Source of the DNA: Candidatus Omnitrophota bacterium
GTDB taxonomy: Bacteria > Omnitrophota > Omnitrophia > Omnitrophales > Aquincolibacteriaceae
Direction of reading: 5' to 3'
DNA length: 64,000 bases
Assembly (NCBI GenBank): GCA_022709525.1
Contig: JAKLIQ010000008.1
Coordinates: forward strand, 18,917-82,916
The stretch's first letter is position 1; every line of letters begins with the position of its first letter. This document shows positions 51,203 to 60,653 of the stretch, piece by piece. The translations under genes were made by a program, and so were the position numbers. The notes under the pieces are model-generated. The model saw nothing but the letters and a program-made list of their open reading frames with translations, was not told the origin of the DNA and made no database searches.

Positions 51203-52772
51203 CGGCCTCGGGCTGAGATTGGGAGGCGCGAAGCTTGGTAATATCAGCAGGATGGATTGTTTTCCGGTGCTCCGAAAGAGGGCTTTCGTGTTTGGTCTTT
51301 TCGCTTAAATGGCGTTGCAGCTGCTTTGCTTCGATCACTTCGCGTTCGATCGTTTCCTGCTCGGCCAGCAATTTCCGCATTTCTTCCTCGCGGTCCCGGA
51401 TCTCGGATTCAACCTTCTCTTGTTGCTTGACCACCTGCTTGAGGCGAAGCTCTTTGGCGGCAAGCTGTTCGTGGATCTGGTTCCTTTTCTGAACCGCTTC
51501 CCGTTGATCAAGTTCGGCATGAAGCTCCCGGATCTGTTTGCGGGCATTTTCAAGATCGTGTTCCCGTGCCTCAAGTTGCGCGAGCCGGAGCTGCCAAGAT
51601 TTCTGCTGATCCTCAAAGGTCCCCCGCAAACGCCGCATTTCTTTTTCAAGCTCGGACGCTTTCTGCTCCCACCGCTTGGCCTGCTGGTTCTGGAGTTCTA
51701 ATTCCTGAATCAAGCGAGTCTCGCTTGACTGGATGATCTTTTTGCCTTCTTCAAGATTACGGATCTTGGCTTGAAGCCCTTCGATCAAGGTTTTCTGGCT
51801 GTCCAATTCCCGGCCGAACTGAGCAGACTGGCTTTCCCACTCCCTCCGCGACTGCTCCTGCTCGTCTTTGGCGCGCTGAAGATCGTTTTTCGCGGCATGA
51901 AAACTTTTAAGCAGGGCCTGTTTTTCCTGAAGCAACTCTTTCTGGGACAGGTCCCGATCCTCGATCTGCCTTAAAAGCTCTTCGGTCTTTTGTTCCTGGG
52001 AAGCCAGCTTCTCTTCAAAATATTGGCGTGTCTGGCGGAATTCCTCGCGGAGAAGTTCGTATTTTTCCTCGGTATGGCCGACGAGCGCGTGGAGTTCCTG
52101 CGCTTCTTTTTCTTTTTGTTTTCGCGCGATTTCGCTCGCCTGCGTTGTTTTTTCTTTTTCCAGCGTTTCGGTTTGCGACTTTTCAAGGGCCTTGCGGAGC
52201 TGTCCAAGATCTTCCTTCAAGCCCACATTCTCCTTCAGGAGTTTTTCCCGTTCTTCCTCGAGAATGCTCCGGAAGTGGCGATTGTTCTGATGATTCATAT
52301 GGCTGATACCGTTCTTGACCGGGGACCTGTCGCCGCGCTCCGGCGCAACCCCTTCGGTCTGGACCCATGAGCGGATCTCCTGGATCGCCTCGTTGTGACT
52401 TAATTTTTCAGTTTCATTTTTTTGCGGGGCCTGGGAAGAAGGCGGCGCTTGATGAAGAAACGCAAGATTGGGAGGCGTCGGCCATACGGTCCGGTAACAC
52501 CGGCGTTTAAGAAAATTATCGTTGCTGACAACGATATCGGCCTGGGAAGCTCGGAAGTATTGTTTGACCTGCAGGGCGGTCGCATAAAGAAGATTGTCGA
52601 TCAAGATGATGGGCGTGCTGGCGACAAGATCGAGGGCTTCATCAACGGGAAGGCGGAAAGCTTTGGCGATCTCCCGAGCGGTCTTGTTGCGCTCCAACTC
52701 GCTTTTGAGAGGGTTCAGAACAACGAACCAATCCTGTCCGCTCGGTTGAACCTTTTTAGTGCCAGTCAGCAT
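51192..52772 (-). CDS. Coiled-coil protein with an N-terminal ribosomal L7/L12 C-terminal-domain-like module
   Basis: 526 aa. Residues ~14-82 (DWFVVLNPLKSELERNKTAREIAKAFRLPVDEALDLVASTPIILIDN...ADIVV) align with the L7/L12 CTD ([45 protein letters not shown]...AEVEV). About 400 aa of charged coiled coil follow. Confidence 0.55.
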   Translation of the reverse strand: MLTGTKKVQPSGQDWFVVLNPLKSELERNKTAREIAKAFRLPVDEALDLVASTPIILIDNLLYATALQVKQYFRASQADIVVSNDNFLKRRCYRTVWPTPPNLAFLHQAPPSSQAPQKNETEKLSHNEAIQEIRSWVQTEGVAPERGDRSPVKNGISHMNHQNNRHFRSILEEEREKLLKENVGLKEDLGQLRKALEKSQTETLEKEKTTQASEIARKQKEKEAQELHALVGHTEEKYELLREEFRQTRQYFEEKLASQEQKTEELLRQIEDRDLSQKELLQEKQALLKSFHAAKNDLQRAKDEQEQSRREWESQSAQFGRELDSQKTLIEGLQAKIRNLEEGKKIIQSSETRLIQELELQNQQAKRWEQKASELEKEMRRLRGTFEDQQKSWQLRLAQLEAREHDLENARKQIRELHAELDQREAVQKRNQIHEQLAAKELRLKQVVKQQEKVESEIRDREEEMRKLLAEQETIEREVIEAKQLQRHLSEKTKHESPLSEHRKTIHPADITKLRASQSQPEAVDD

Positions 52773-52835
52773 GACAACCCTTGAGGGTCCCTGATTTAGA
52801 AGAAAAGGACGTTACGGATCCAGCCCTTCGGCCGC

Positions 52836-53195
52836 TTAAAGAGTGATCCGCTCGGCGATCTCATGGATCACCGGGATCTCCCACCGCTCCCCCATCAGGA
52901 CCTTCACGATCCCGATGAGCGAAAGGATCCCGAACACCACGAAAGAAAGCGTGAACACAAGATCCCCTAATGCAGGGACGACTTTCAGGATCGCCGCGGC
53001 GAGCTCTAATATGAAAAGCACGAGGGCCTGCTTGCCGTGAAAGATCGCGAACTTATTCCCTTTTTTAAGGGCGAGCGGTACAAAACAAAGAAAGCTTAAA
53101 TAGCCGATCGCCGCAAAGAACTGCGCGTCCTGGATTTCAGGATCTTTCGGCGCCTGGTTTTTTTCCGCAGTATCCATGAATACTCCTTTATCCAA
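52836..53195 (-). CDS. DUF4870-like small membrane protein
   Basis: Two or three TM segments with a FHGKQAL motif. The start is probably at MDTAEKN. Confidence 0.5.
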   Translation of the reverse strand: MDKGVFMDTAEKNQAPKDPEIQDAQFFAAIGYLSFLCFVPLALKKGNKFAIFHGKQALVLFILELAAAILKVVPALGDLVFTLSFVVFGILSLIGIVKVLMGERWEIPVIHEIAERITL

Positions 53196-53279
53196 TGTTC
53201 GGGCTATTATAGAAAGACCCGAGCATGACCGTCAAGGTGCAATCCTTTTAAAATCGCTTCGTTCGTTCACAAATCAACT

Positions 53280-53621
53280 TTATGCGACCTTGGGCTCTTC
53301 TTTATGACAAACTCTCGGGATCGTCCGCTCCATCGGGATGAAAAAAGTCCCGACTTCCGTGACGCCGACCAGCATCCGCCGCAACATGAAAAGGGTCCCT
53401 TTGCCAAAACCGGAAAAAAATCCGGCGCCCCCCTGGTCGCTCATATCGCTGTGGACCGTACATGGGACTTCCGCAAGACTTGTGACCACATTTTCAAGCC
53501 CGCGGCCAAACTTGGTCCCGATACCGTACATATAATCGCCTACGGTTTCCTCTTCGGCGAAAAGAAACGGCGCCGCCGAGATCATCACCAGCGTAAAACA
53601 AAAGATCGCCCTGGAACGCAT
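53280..53621 (-). CDS. Small secreted protein, last gene of the mla operon
   Basis: 113 aa with a signal peptide (MRSRAIFCFTLVMISAAPFLFA). Sits 9 nt downstream of mlaD. No family assigned. Confidence 0.45.
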   Translation of the reverse strand: MRSRAIFCFTLVMISAAPFLFAEEETVGDYMYGIGTKFGRGLENVVTSLAEVPCTVHSDMSDQGGAGFFSGFGKGTLFMLRRMLVGVTEVGTFFIPMERTIPRVCHKEEPKVA

Positions 53622-53630
53622 AAACCCTCC

Positions 53631-54266
53631 TTACGAACCTTTACGGATCAAGCGCCACGGATGGAGCTTGAGATCCGCCGTCATATCCCGCAAGTTGGCC
53701 GTCACTTCATGGAGATTGCTGATACTTTTTGAGATTTCCTCTTTATTACCGGAAACAATGTCGTTGGTGGTCTTAAGAAGAGGATTCAGACTTTCGGTCA
53801 TCTGGGCGACCTCGTCGGCCAGATCGTTCATTTTACGGATCAGGACATGCATGGGGATCGGATCGATGCCCCGGATCACCTTGCCCGCTCCCATCGCCGG
53901 CGCGTTCTGAGAGCCAACGGAGATCTCGATGAATTTCTCGCCCATCATCCCGAGCGTATCGATATAAGCCACGCTGTCTTCGCGCACATAAACCTCTTTG
54001 GAAACCTTGACGGTGACCATCACGGGCCTCGGTTCCCCCGGAACGACCTGGATCTTGTCGACTTTACCGACTTCGCGGCCCGCGTAATAAACGGGGGCGC
54101 TGTCGCTGAGACCATTGAGATACCCGAATTGGATCTTCAGCTCGTTGGCCCCTTTCTTAAAATACCCTCCGACCACGAAGGTAAGCACCAAGAGCATGAT
54201 GATCGTGATCAACACAAAAAATCCGGACTTGATCTCCGATGACGAATAGCCATTTGAAGAATCCAT
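53631..54266 (-). CDS. mlaD: MCE-domain protein MlaD
   Basis: 211 aa with an N-terminal TM and an MCE domain (YFKKGANELKIQFGYLNGL...VYYAGREVGKV). Confidence 0.8.
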   Translation of the reverse strand: MDSSNGYSSSEIKSGFFVLITIIMLLVLTFVVGGYFKKGANELKIQFGYLNGLSDSAPVYYAGREVGKVDKIQVVPGEPRPVMVTVKVSKEVYVREDSVAYIDTLGMMGEKFIEISVGSQNAPAMGAGKVIRGIDPIPMHVLIRKMNDLADEVAQMTESLNPLLKTTNDIVSGNKEEISKSISNLHEVTANLRDMTADLKLHPWRLIRKGS

Positions 54267-54289
54267 CTTCTCCTCCTTGAAACGGTTTC

Positions 54290-55096
54290 TTAAGTGGAAA
54301 GAAGCCCTTTTAAATAAGCTTCGCTGGTTTGCTTGAACGGGATGACGCCTTCCGACTCTCCCTGGATGAATTGCTGAACATAGGAATTCTTGGAATTCTG
54401 GATCTCTTCGGCGGTGCCCACCTGCAGGACTTTGCCCTTATGAAGAATGATGACCTGATCCGCGATGCGGAACGCACTCTTCATTTCGTGTGTCACCACC
54501 ACCGAAGTGATATTGAGCTTCTTGCTGAGATCCAGGATCAGACGGTCGATCATGCTGGCCGTGATCGGATCAAGACCCGCCCCTGGTTCATCGTAAAAAA
54601 CGATCTTGGGATCAAGGGCGATCGCGCGGGCGAGCGCGACGCGTTTCTTCATCCCGCCCGAGATCTGATGCGGCATGAAATCCTCAAAACCCGTCAAACC
54701 GACGAGTTCTAATTTGACGCGAACGATGATCCGGATGATCTCCGGAGAAAGATCCGTGTGCTCCCTCAAAGGCACGGCAACATTCTCGCCGACAGTCATG
54801 GAATTAAAAAGAGCGGAGCCCTGGAACAGCATGCCGAACTTGCGGCGCACCTCGTTCATTTCTTTTTCTTTAAGGCCCGCGATATTGACGCCGTCGACCA
54901 AAATATCGCCCGAGGTCGGTTGATAAAGGCCGATCAAATGGCGCAGAAACGTGGTCTTGCCGCATCCCGACCCGCCCATGATCACGGTAATCTTGCCTCG
55001 CGGGATGTTCACATTGATACCGTCAAGGACCGCGCGGTCGCCGAAACGCTTGACGAGTTCTTTAACTTCAATAATAGGTTGTTCGGATTCGTTCAT
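54290..55096 (-). CDS. mlaF: ABC transporter ATP-binding protein MlaF
   Basis: Walker A GGSGCGKTT, signature ISGGMKKRVALARA and Walker B. The start is likely MNESEQPIIEV; the track ORF is over-extended. Confidence 0.85.
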   Translation of the reverse strand: MNESEQPIIEVKELVKRFGDRAVLDGINVNIPRGKITVIMGGSGCGKTTFLRHLIGLYQPTSGDILVDGVNIAGLKEKEMNEVRRKFGMLFQGSALFNSMTVGENVAVPLREHTDLSPEIIRIIVRVKLELVGLTGFEDFMPHQISGGMKKRVALARAIALDPKIVFYDEPGAGLDPITASMIDRLILDLSKKLNITSVVVTHEMKSAFRIADQVIILHKGKVLQVGTAEEIQNSKNSYVQQFIQGESEGVIPFKQTSEAYLKGLLST

Positions 55097-55103
55097 ATTT
55101 TTC

Positions 55104-55904
55104 TCAGGTCGGCAAAGCGTAATAAATGACCGCCGTGGCCAAGCAGTCCACCACAATGATCAGCACGATCGAGATCACGACGGCCTGCGTGGTGGCTTTT
55201 CCCACGGCGTCAGCGCCGCCGGAAACGGAAAGTCCCTGGTGGCAGCTCACAAGAGCGATCAGGATACTGAAAATAAAACTTTTGAGAAGTCCGGTATAAA
55301 TGTCTTTGAGAACCAGCGCGTCGATGCTTTTCGCGATATAGAGGTGGGAATTGATCCCGAGACCCGTTACGCCGATCGCCCAGCCGCCGATCATCCCCAT
55401 GACATCCGCAATGACAGTCAAGCACGGGAGCATCGCGGCGAGCGCCAGAACGCGCGGGACCACGAGGTAACGGATCGGATTGATGCCCATCGTGGTAAGA
55501 GCGTCCACTTCCTCCTGCACCATCATCGTTCCGATCTCCGCCGCCATACGCGCGCCGATACGGCCGCAGATCACGATCGAGGCGATCAAAGGGCCTAATT
55601 CGCGCGCCATCGCAACGCAGACAAGACTGCCGGTGTACATGATCGCGCCGAAGGATTTGAGGGAATAAGCGGCTTGCAAAGCCAGCACGGTCCCGACCGA
55701 AGCGCCAACCAGCGAAACGATCGCGGTGGAATCAATCCCGATAAGGACCATCTGACGGAAAAGAACGGCGCGAGGAATAACTTTTTTCTTGAAAAAAGCC
55801 GAGATCGTATAAGCGGCAACCGCCGAACCGAGACTCCACAAGCGGGCCACACCGGCTAAAACAAAATAGAGGGCTTGCCCCACTTTCCCCATGAATTCTT
55901 TCAT
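55104..55904 (-). CDS. mlaE: ABC transporter permease MlaE
   Basis: 266-aa polytopic permease of the MlaE/YrbE family, upstream of mlaF. Confidence 0.8.
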   Translation of the reverse strand: MKEFMGKVGQALYFVLAGVARLWSLGSAVAAYTISAFFKKKVIPRAVLFRQMVLIGIDSTAIVSLVGASVGTVLALQAAYSLKSFGAIMYTGSLVCVAMARELGPLIASIVICGRIGARMAAEIGTMMVQEEVDALTTMGINPIRYLVVPRVLALAAMLPCLTVIADVMGMIGGWAIGVTGLGINSHLYIAKSIDALVLKDIYTGLLKSFIFSILIALVSCHQGLSVSGGADAVGKATTQAVVISIVLIIVVDCLATAVIYYALPT

Positions 55905-55930
55905 GAAAAAATAATCCCTTAAATGTTAGA

Positions 55931-56275
55931 TCACGCCTTGGTGCCTAGACGCGTCATGGCTTCCGCGACCGTCGGAGCGATCTCAAAAATACTGTCCAAC
56001 TTCGCGATCTCAAAAACGCCCCGCACCGTCCCGGTCAGTTCCGCAAGCACAAGCCGTCCCTGATAACGCTTGGTTTTCTGGAACGCTTCTACGAAGGTCG
56101 CGATGCCTGAACTGTCCATATAATCCACGCCGCTTAGATTCATGAGGATCTTGGAGGCCTGTTTTCCGGTCAGCTCGCCAAGCTTTTCGCGAAGTTCCGG
56201 CGAAGAATGATAGTCCAACTCCCCTGAAAGCTCGAGAATATTCACATCGCCTTGCGTTGTTGATTGGATCTTCAT
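55931..56275 (-). CDS. STAS-domain anti-sigma-factor antagonist
   Basis: 114 aa. ILELSGELDYHSSPELREKL...YMDSSGIATFVEAF includes a conserved phosphorylatable Ser context (DSSGI). Confidence 0.75.
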   Translation of the reverse strand: MKIQSTTQGDVNILELSGELDYHSSPELREKLGELTGKQASKILMNLSGVDYMDSSGIATFVEAFQKTKRYQGRLVLAELTGTVRGVFEIAKLDSIFEIAPTVAEAMTRLGTKA

Positions 56276-56294
56276 AAGAATTCGCCTTTCCTTT

Positions 56295-56699
56295 TCAAAT
56301 TTTCTTTTTATGTTTGATCAAACGGAGCCGGTTTCCTTCCAAGCATTGAGGATCATAGATCATCTCGTCCATGATCGTCCGAATAAAATGAACGCCCAAC
56401 CCTCCCGGTTTATGCCGCGGAAGCTCCGGCGGCGGCACCTGGGTCGGATCGAATTTCTTCCCAAGGTCTTCGATGACGATCTCGATCTTGTCATGAGCCG
56501 CGCGGACTAAGACCGTCATTTTGCCCGATCCTCCCGCGTAGGCATGGCGGATCACATTCGTCAAAGCCTCGTCGACCGCCAGCAGGATCTCATCGGAGGT
56601 TTTCTTCTCCCATCCCTCATGGACCAGGATCTGGCGAAGCTCCTTCCGGAAAGGCGAAAGAACTTCCGAGGAAGCGTTTAATTCAAATCTTTTTTCCAC
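56295..56699 (-). CDS. Anti-sigma regulatory factor / partner-switching Ser kinase (RsbW/SpoIIAB-like HATPase_c)
   Basis: 134 aa. LAVDEALTNVIRHAY (N-box) and GGLGVHFIRTIMDE (G-box) are present. Immediately upstream of the STAS gene. Confidence 0.7.
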   Translation of the reverse strand: MEKRFELNASSEVLSPFRKELRQILVHEGWEKKTSDEILLAVDEALTNVIRHAYAGGSGKMTVLVRAAHDKIEIVIEDLGKKFDPTQVPPPELPRHKPGGLGVHFIRTIMDEMIYDPQCLEGNRLRLIKHKKKI

Positions 56700-57355
56700 T
56701 CAAACCCCTGCCGGAGAAGTTCCCGCAGGATCGCGCGCGACGAAAAGGCCCTGCCGGATCTTTCTCTTGCAAAACATTTTTGAAGATAACGCGCCACAAT
56801 ATCCACTTCCAGATTCACTTCGGATCCAACGCGTTTGATCCCCAGCGTTGTTACTTTAAGCGTATGAGGAATAACGGCGATCTGGAACACGGAACCCCGG
56901 ACCTTTTGAACGGTTAAACTGATGCCGTCGCAAGCGACCGATCCTTTGTCCGCGAGCAGGGCGATTATATCCTTGGAGGCCGTGAGGAACAAGGTCGTAT
57001 TTTTCTTCCGTTTCTCGATCTTCATGATACGGCCCCGGCCGTCAATATGGCCCGTTACAAAATGTCCGCCCAACCCGTCGCCGACCCGAAGCGACCTTTC
57101 CAGATTGACCCGCCCGCCCATTTCCAAAGTCCCGAGCGTCGTGGCTTCAAGGGTTTGGCGCACCACATCGACCTCAAATCCTTGAGAGCTAGCGCCTACC
57201 GCTGTAAGGCAAACACCCGAAACGGCAATGCTGTCTCCTATTTTGAGGCCTTTTTCCTTTTTGAGAAAACGGAAACCGAAGCGGACCTGCCCGCCGCGCT
57301 CCTCCTTTTTTATGACGATGCCTTCATTCTCAATGATCCCTGTGAACATAGCCAC
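56678..57355 (-). CDS. ribE: Riboflavin synthase alpha subunit
   Basis: MFTGIIENEGIV... plus two lumazine-binding repeats. 225 aa. Confidence 0.85.
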   Translation of the reverse strand: MAMFTGIIENEGIVIKKEERGGQVRFGFRFLKKEKGLKIGDSIAVSGVCLTAVGASSQGFEVDVVRQTLEATTLGTLEMGGRVNLERSLRVGDGLGGHFVTGHIDGRGRIMKIEKRKKNTTLFLTASKDIIALLADKGSVACDGISLTVQKVRGSVFQIAVIPHTLKVTTLGIKRVGSEVNLEVDIVARYLQKCFARERSGRAFSSRAILRELLRQGFEWKKDLN

Positions 57356-57361
57356 CCTCTT

Positions 57362-58450
57362 TTATTTTTTATGAAAAGTTCCTTCAAAAAGCCAGTCATC
57401 TCCCAGGCGGGTAACGCGCCCGGGCCTAAAAATAAAAGCGCGGTCCGGGGTCTTGACACCCAGGCCTTCTATGGAAGTTTTGGCATCCCGTCCTCCAAAA
57501 ACTTTGGGCGCCAGGATCCAATAAGCGCGATCCACGCAACCCGCCTCCAAAAAAGACCAGGCCAGTTCCCCGCCGCCTTCCAGCAGCAGCCGGGTGATCC
57601 CGAGCCCGGCAAGTTTTTTGAGAAGTTCCCGGATCTCGATCCTTCCGTTCTTTGTTCTTACCGGTAAAAGCATGAGAGATCTTTTTTGGGCGCTTGTCTG
57701 CTTGACGATCTTGCCAAGATCTCGTTCTGGAAAAACAAGAACAGCCATTCGAGGATCATCAAAGATACGGGCTTTTGCAGGACACCCTCGCGAAGAAATA
57801 ATCGCGACCTTCCAAGGTTTTCCTTTTTTGAAGGAAACCGCCCCGGGCGAAACCGTAAATCTGGGATCATCTTGGTAAAAGGTGTTTTCCCCCACCAAGA
57901 CCGCGTCCTGCTGCGAACGAAGCTTGTGAACGAATTTCCGGGAAAGCGGCGAAGAGATCCATCTTGAAAGCCCTTCGCGCGTGGCGATCTTCCCGTCCAG
58001 CGTCTGCGCCATCTTAAGCGTCACGAACGGCCGTTTTTCTTTTACGTAAGTAAAAAATCCTTCGTTTTGCCGCCGGACCTCTTTTTCCAAAACACCCACG
58101 GTCACCGAAATCCCCTGTTGGCGTAAAAAACGGATGCCTTTACCACGATTCAAGGGATTTGGATCGAGGCAACCGACCACGACTTTTTTTATCCCTTGCT
58201 CTTTGATAAGCGGCGCGCAAGGCGGCGTTTTTTGCCAAGTAGAACAAGGCTCTAGCGTCACATAAAGCGTAGCGCCTTTGGCTTTTTTGCCGGCTTTTTT
58301 AAAAGCGTTAGGTTCAGCATGCGGTCCGCCGAATTTTTCGTGAAAACCCGACCCTACAAGCTTCCCTCCGGACACAACGCACGCGCCGACCATGGGATTG
58401 GGACTTACGGTAAAACGTCCCTTTTCGGCAAGCGCAAGGGCGCGCCTCAT
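57362..58450 (-). CDS. ribD: Bifunctional riboflavin biosynthesis deaminase/reductase RibD
   Basis: CMP/dCMP deaminase Zn motif (HAE...PCxxC) plus a RibD C-terminal reductase domain. The start is likely MRRALALAEK, 5 nt after the nusB stop; the track ORF overlaps nusB. Confidence 0.85.
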   Translation of the reverse strand: MRRALALAEKGRFTVSPNPMVGACVVSGGKLVGSGFHEKFGGPHAEPNAFKKAGKKAKGATLYVTLEPCSTWQKTPPCAPLIKEQGIKKVVVGCLDPNPLNRGKGIRFLRQQGISVTVGVLEKEVRRQNEGFFTYVKEKRPFVTLKMAQTLDGKIATREGLSRWISSPLSRKFVHKLRSQQDAVLVGENTFYQDDPRFTVSPGAVSFKKGKPWKVAIISSRGCPAKARIFDDPRMAVLVFPERDLGKIVKQTSAQKRSLMLLPVRTKNGRIEIRELLKKLAGLGITRLLLEGGGELAWSFLEAGCVDRAYWILAPKVFGGRDAKTSIEGLGVKTPDRAFIFRPGRVTRLGDDWLFEGTFHKK

Positions 58451-58457
58451 CCAATGC

Positions 58458-58907
58458 TCATGCGGCGGAAGGGTCATGGGTCTTTGGATTTTTGGGTTTT
58501 TCGGTGTGGTTGATCTTATCAAGGATACCGTTGACGAACTTGCCGGATTCCTCCTGCGAAAATTTTTTGGCAAGATTCACAGCTTCATTGATGGTCACTT
58601 TCGGCGGTACATCGGCCAGATAAAGAAGCTCATAGGTCGCCGCGCGCATCACGTTACGGTCGATCGCGGCCATCCTGGGCAATTCCCAGTTGTCGGCGTA
58701 CTTTTCGAGGACCTTGTCGATCTCCGCTTGCCGCTCTACAACCCCGAGCGCGAGCTTCTCCGCAAAATCCCGGACATCTTCCGGAAAGGTTTCGTCCTGC
58801 TGGGTCCAGAAATGCTTCAGGATCTCCGGCATGGACTCCGGATTCATTTCATATTGATAAAGGATCTGGAGAGCGCATTCGCGAGCTTGGGTTCTTTTAC
58901 GAAGCAT
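58458..58907 (-). CDS. nusB: Transcription antitermination factor NusB
   Basis: 149 aa. RECALQILYQYEM...IDRNVMRAATYELL are NusB hallmarks. Confidence 0.85.
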   Translation of the reverse strand: MLRKRTQARECALQILYQYEMNPESMPEILKHFWTQQDETFPEDVRDFAEKLALGVVERQAEIDKVLEKYADNWELPRMAAIDRNVMRAATYELLYLADVPPKVTINEAVNLAKKFSQEESGKFVNGILDKINHTEKPKNPKTHDPSAA

Positions 58908-58941
58908 AGGAATGTTCCCGGGTTTTATAAAATTTGAAGGT

Positions 58942-59442
58942 TCACTTTTTCTTTAAAGTTCTCGGCTTTTTCCTGGCCATGCCAAGCTCGTCGTTGAGAC
59001 TCGCGATCTCGAGCGCCGCTAAGGCCGCCTGTTCGCCCTTATTGCCGTGTTTGAGGCCCGCGCGGTCGATCGCCTGCTCAAGATTGTCAACTGTGATCAC
59101 GCCGGTTGCGATCGGTGTGCCTGTTTCAAGCGCTACCTGATCGATCCCACGCGTCAGCTCGTTTGAAACACATTCAAAATGGTAAGTTCCGCCCCGGATC
59201 ACGCAGCTGAGCGCGATCACAACGTCGCAATGTTTTTGCGCTTTCAGTTTTTTACAGAAAAAAGGCACTTCAAGCCCGCCGGGGACCCAAACAACCTTGA
59301 TATTTTTTTCCGGCACGCCTGCTTTACGGAGCACTCTCAAAGCCCCATCGAGCAAACGCTCGGTGATGTAATCGTTGAAACGGGAGACAACAATGCCGAA
59401 TTTTTTATTTCCGGGGACGAACTTTCCGTGGTGAATTTTCAT
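58942..59442 (-). CDS. ribH: 6,7-dimethyl-8-ribityllumazine synthase
   Basis: 166 aa. KFGIVVSRFNDYITERLLDGA...VPGGLEVP. Confidence 0.9.
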   Translation of the reverse strand: MKIHHGKFVPGNKKFGIVVSRFNDYITERLLDGALRVLRKAGVPEKNIKVVWVPGGLEVPFFCKKLKAQKHCDVVIALSCVIRGGTYHFECVSNELTRGIDQVALETGTPIATGVITVDNLEQAIDRAGLKHGNKGEQAALAALEIASLNDELGMARKKPRTLKKK

Positions 59443-60653
59443 GGATGAGGTTCGATATCGAAAATGTGGCCGAGTTTTTCTTTTTTGGTTTTAAGATATT
59501 TCGCGCGCGTGGGGCTTGAAGGCATGACAAGCGGAAGCCGCTCCACGACCTGAAGGCCGTATCCTTCCAAACCCACGATCTTGCGGGGATTATTTGTCAT
59601 GAGACGAAGTTTTGAAAGCCCGAGATCATGAAGGATCTGCGCCCCGATCCCGTAATCGCGCAAGTCCGGTTTAAAACCCAACGCTTCGTTCGCCTGGACC
59701 GTATCAAGACCGTGCTTGTCCTGAAGCTCATAAGCTTTGATCTTATTGGCAAGCCCGATCCCGCGGCCTTCCTGGCGCATATAAAGGATCACGCCGGAAC
59801 CTTCCTTGTGGATCATTTCCATTGCCGCGTTCAATTGGTCCTGGCAATCGCAGCGCAGCGAATTCAGCACGTCTCCCGTAAAACATTCGGAATGAACGCG
59901 CACGAGGGCCGGCGCTTCGCCCACCTTGCCCTGGATAAGCGCCACATGCTGAACGCCATCCAACAGGGACTCATAGATCCGGATCGTCCAAGTGCCGAAT
60001 TTCGTCGGAAGCGTTGCCTCGCTAATTTTTTTGACAAGCCTGTCGGTTTTTGTCCGGTAAGCGATCAAATCGCGGATCGTGCCTATCTTAAGCCGATGCG
60101 TTTCAGCAAAGATCATCAGATCGGAAAGTCGCGCCATTTTTCCGTCATCGTTCACAATCTCACAGATGACGGCCGCGGGAGGCAATCCGGCGGCTTTGAC
60201 AAGGTCCACGGCGGCTTCGGTGTGGCCGGCGCGCCTCAAAATGCCGCCTTGTTTCGCTTTTAAAGGAAAAATATGGCCGGGGATCACAAGATCTTCGCGT
60301 TTCGTTGCGGGATCCGCCAAAAGCTCGATCGTACGATTCCGGTCATAGGCCGAGATGCCGGTCGTGATCCCGGATTTTGCGTCCACAGACACCGTAAAGG
60401 CGGTCCTCATGGCGTCCTCCGGATTAGGATTCATCTGGTCCAGGCCTAAGGCATGGATCCGGTCTTCCGTCATGGGAACGCAGATCAGCCCCCGAGCTGA
60501 CCGCATCATGAAATTGACCATTTCAGGGGTTGTCTTGGAAGCGGCAAAAATAATGTCCCCTTCATTCTCGCGGGTCTCGTCATCGGTCATGATGACCATA
60601 CGGCCCTCGCGGACATCCTGGATGATCTCTTCGATCGTATTGAGAGTTTTCAT
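59439..60653 (-). CDS. ribBA: Bifunctional 3,4-dihydroxy-2-butanone-4-phosphate synthase / GTP cyclohydrolase II
   Basis: 404 aa with an N-terminal DHBP synthase domain (DDETRENEGD) and a C-terminal GTP cyclohydrolase II domain (CxC...C zinc site, RGIGL). Confidence 0.9.
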   Translation of the reverse strand: MKTLNTIEEIIQDVREGRMVIMTDDETRENEGDIIFAASKTTPEMVNFMMRSARGLICVPMTEDRIHALGLDQMNPNPEDAMRTAFTVSVDAKSGITTGISAYDRNRTIELLADPATKREDLVIPGHIFPLKAKQGGILRRAGHTEAAVDLVKAAGLPPAAVICEIVNDDGKMARLSDLMIFAETHRLKIGTIRDLIAYRTKTDRLVKKISEATLPTKFGTWTIRIYESLLDGVQHVALIQGKVGEAPALVRVHSECFTGDVLNSLRCDCQDQLNAAMEMIHKEGSGVILYMRQEGRGIGLANKIKAYELQDKHGLDTVQANEALGFKPDLRDYGIGAQILHDLGLSKLRLMTNNPRKIVGLEGYGLQVVERLPLVMPSSPTRAKYLKTKKEKLGHIFDIEPHP

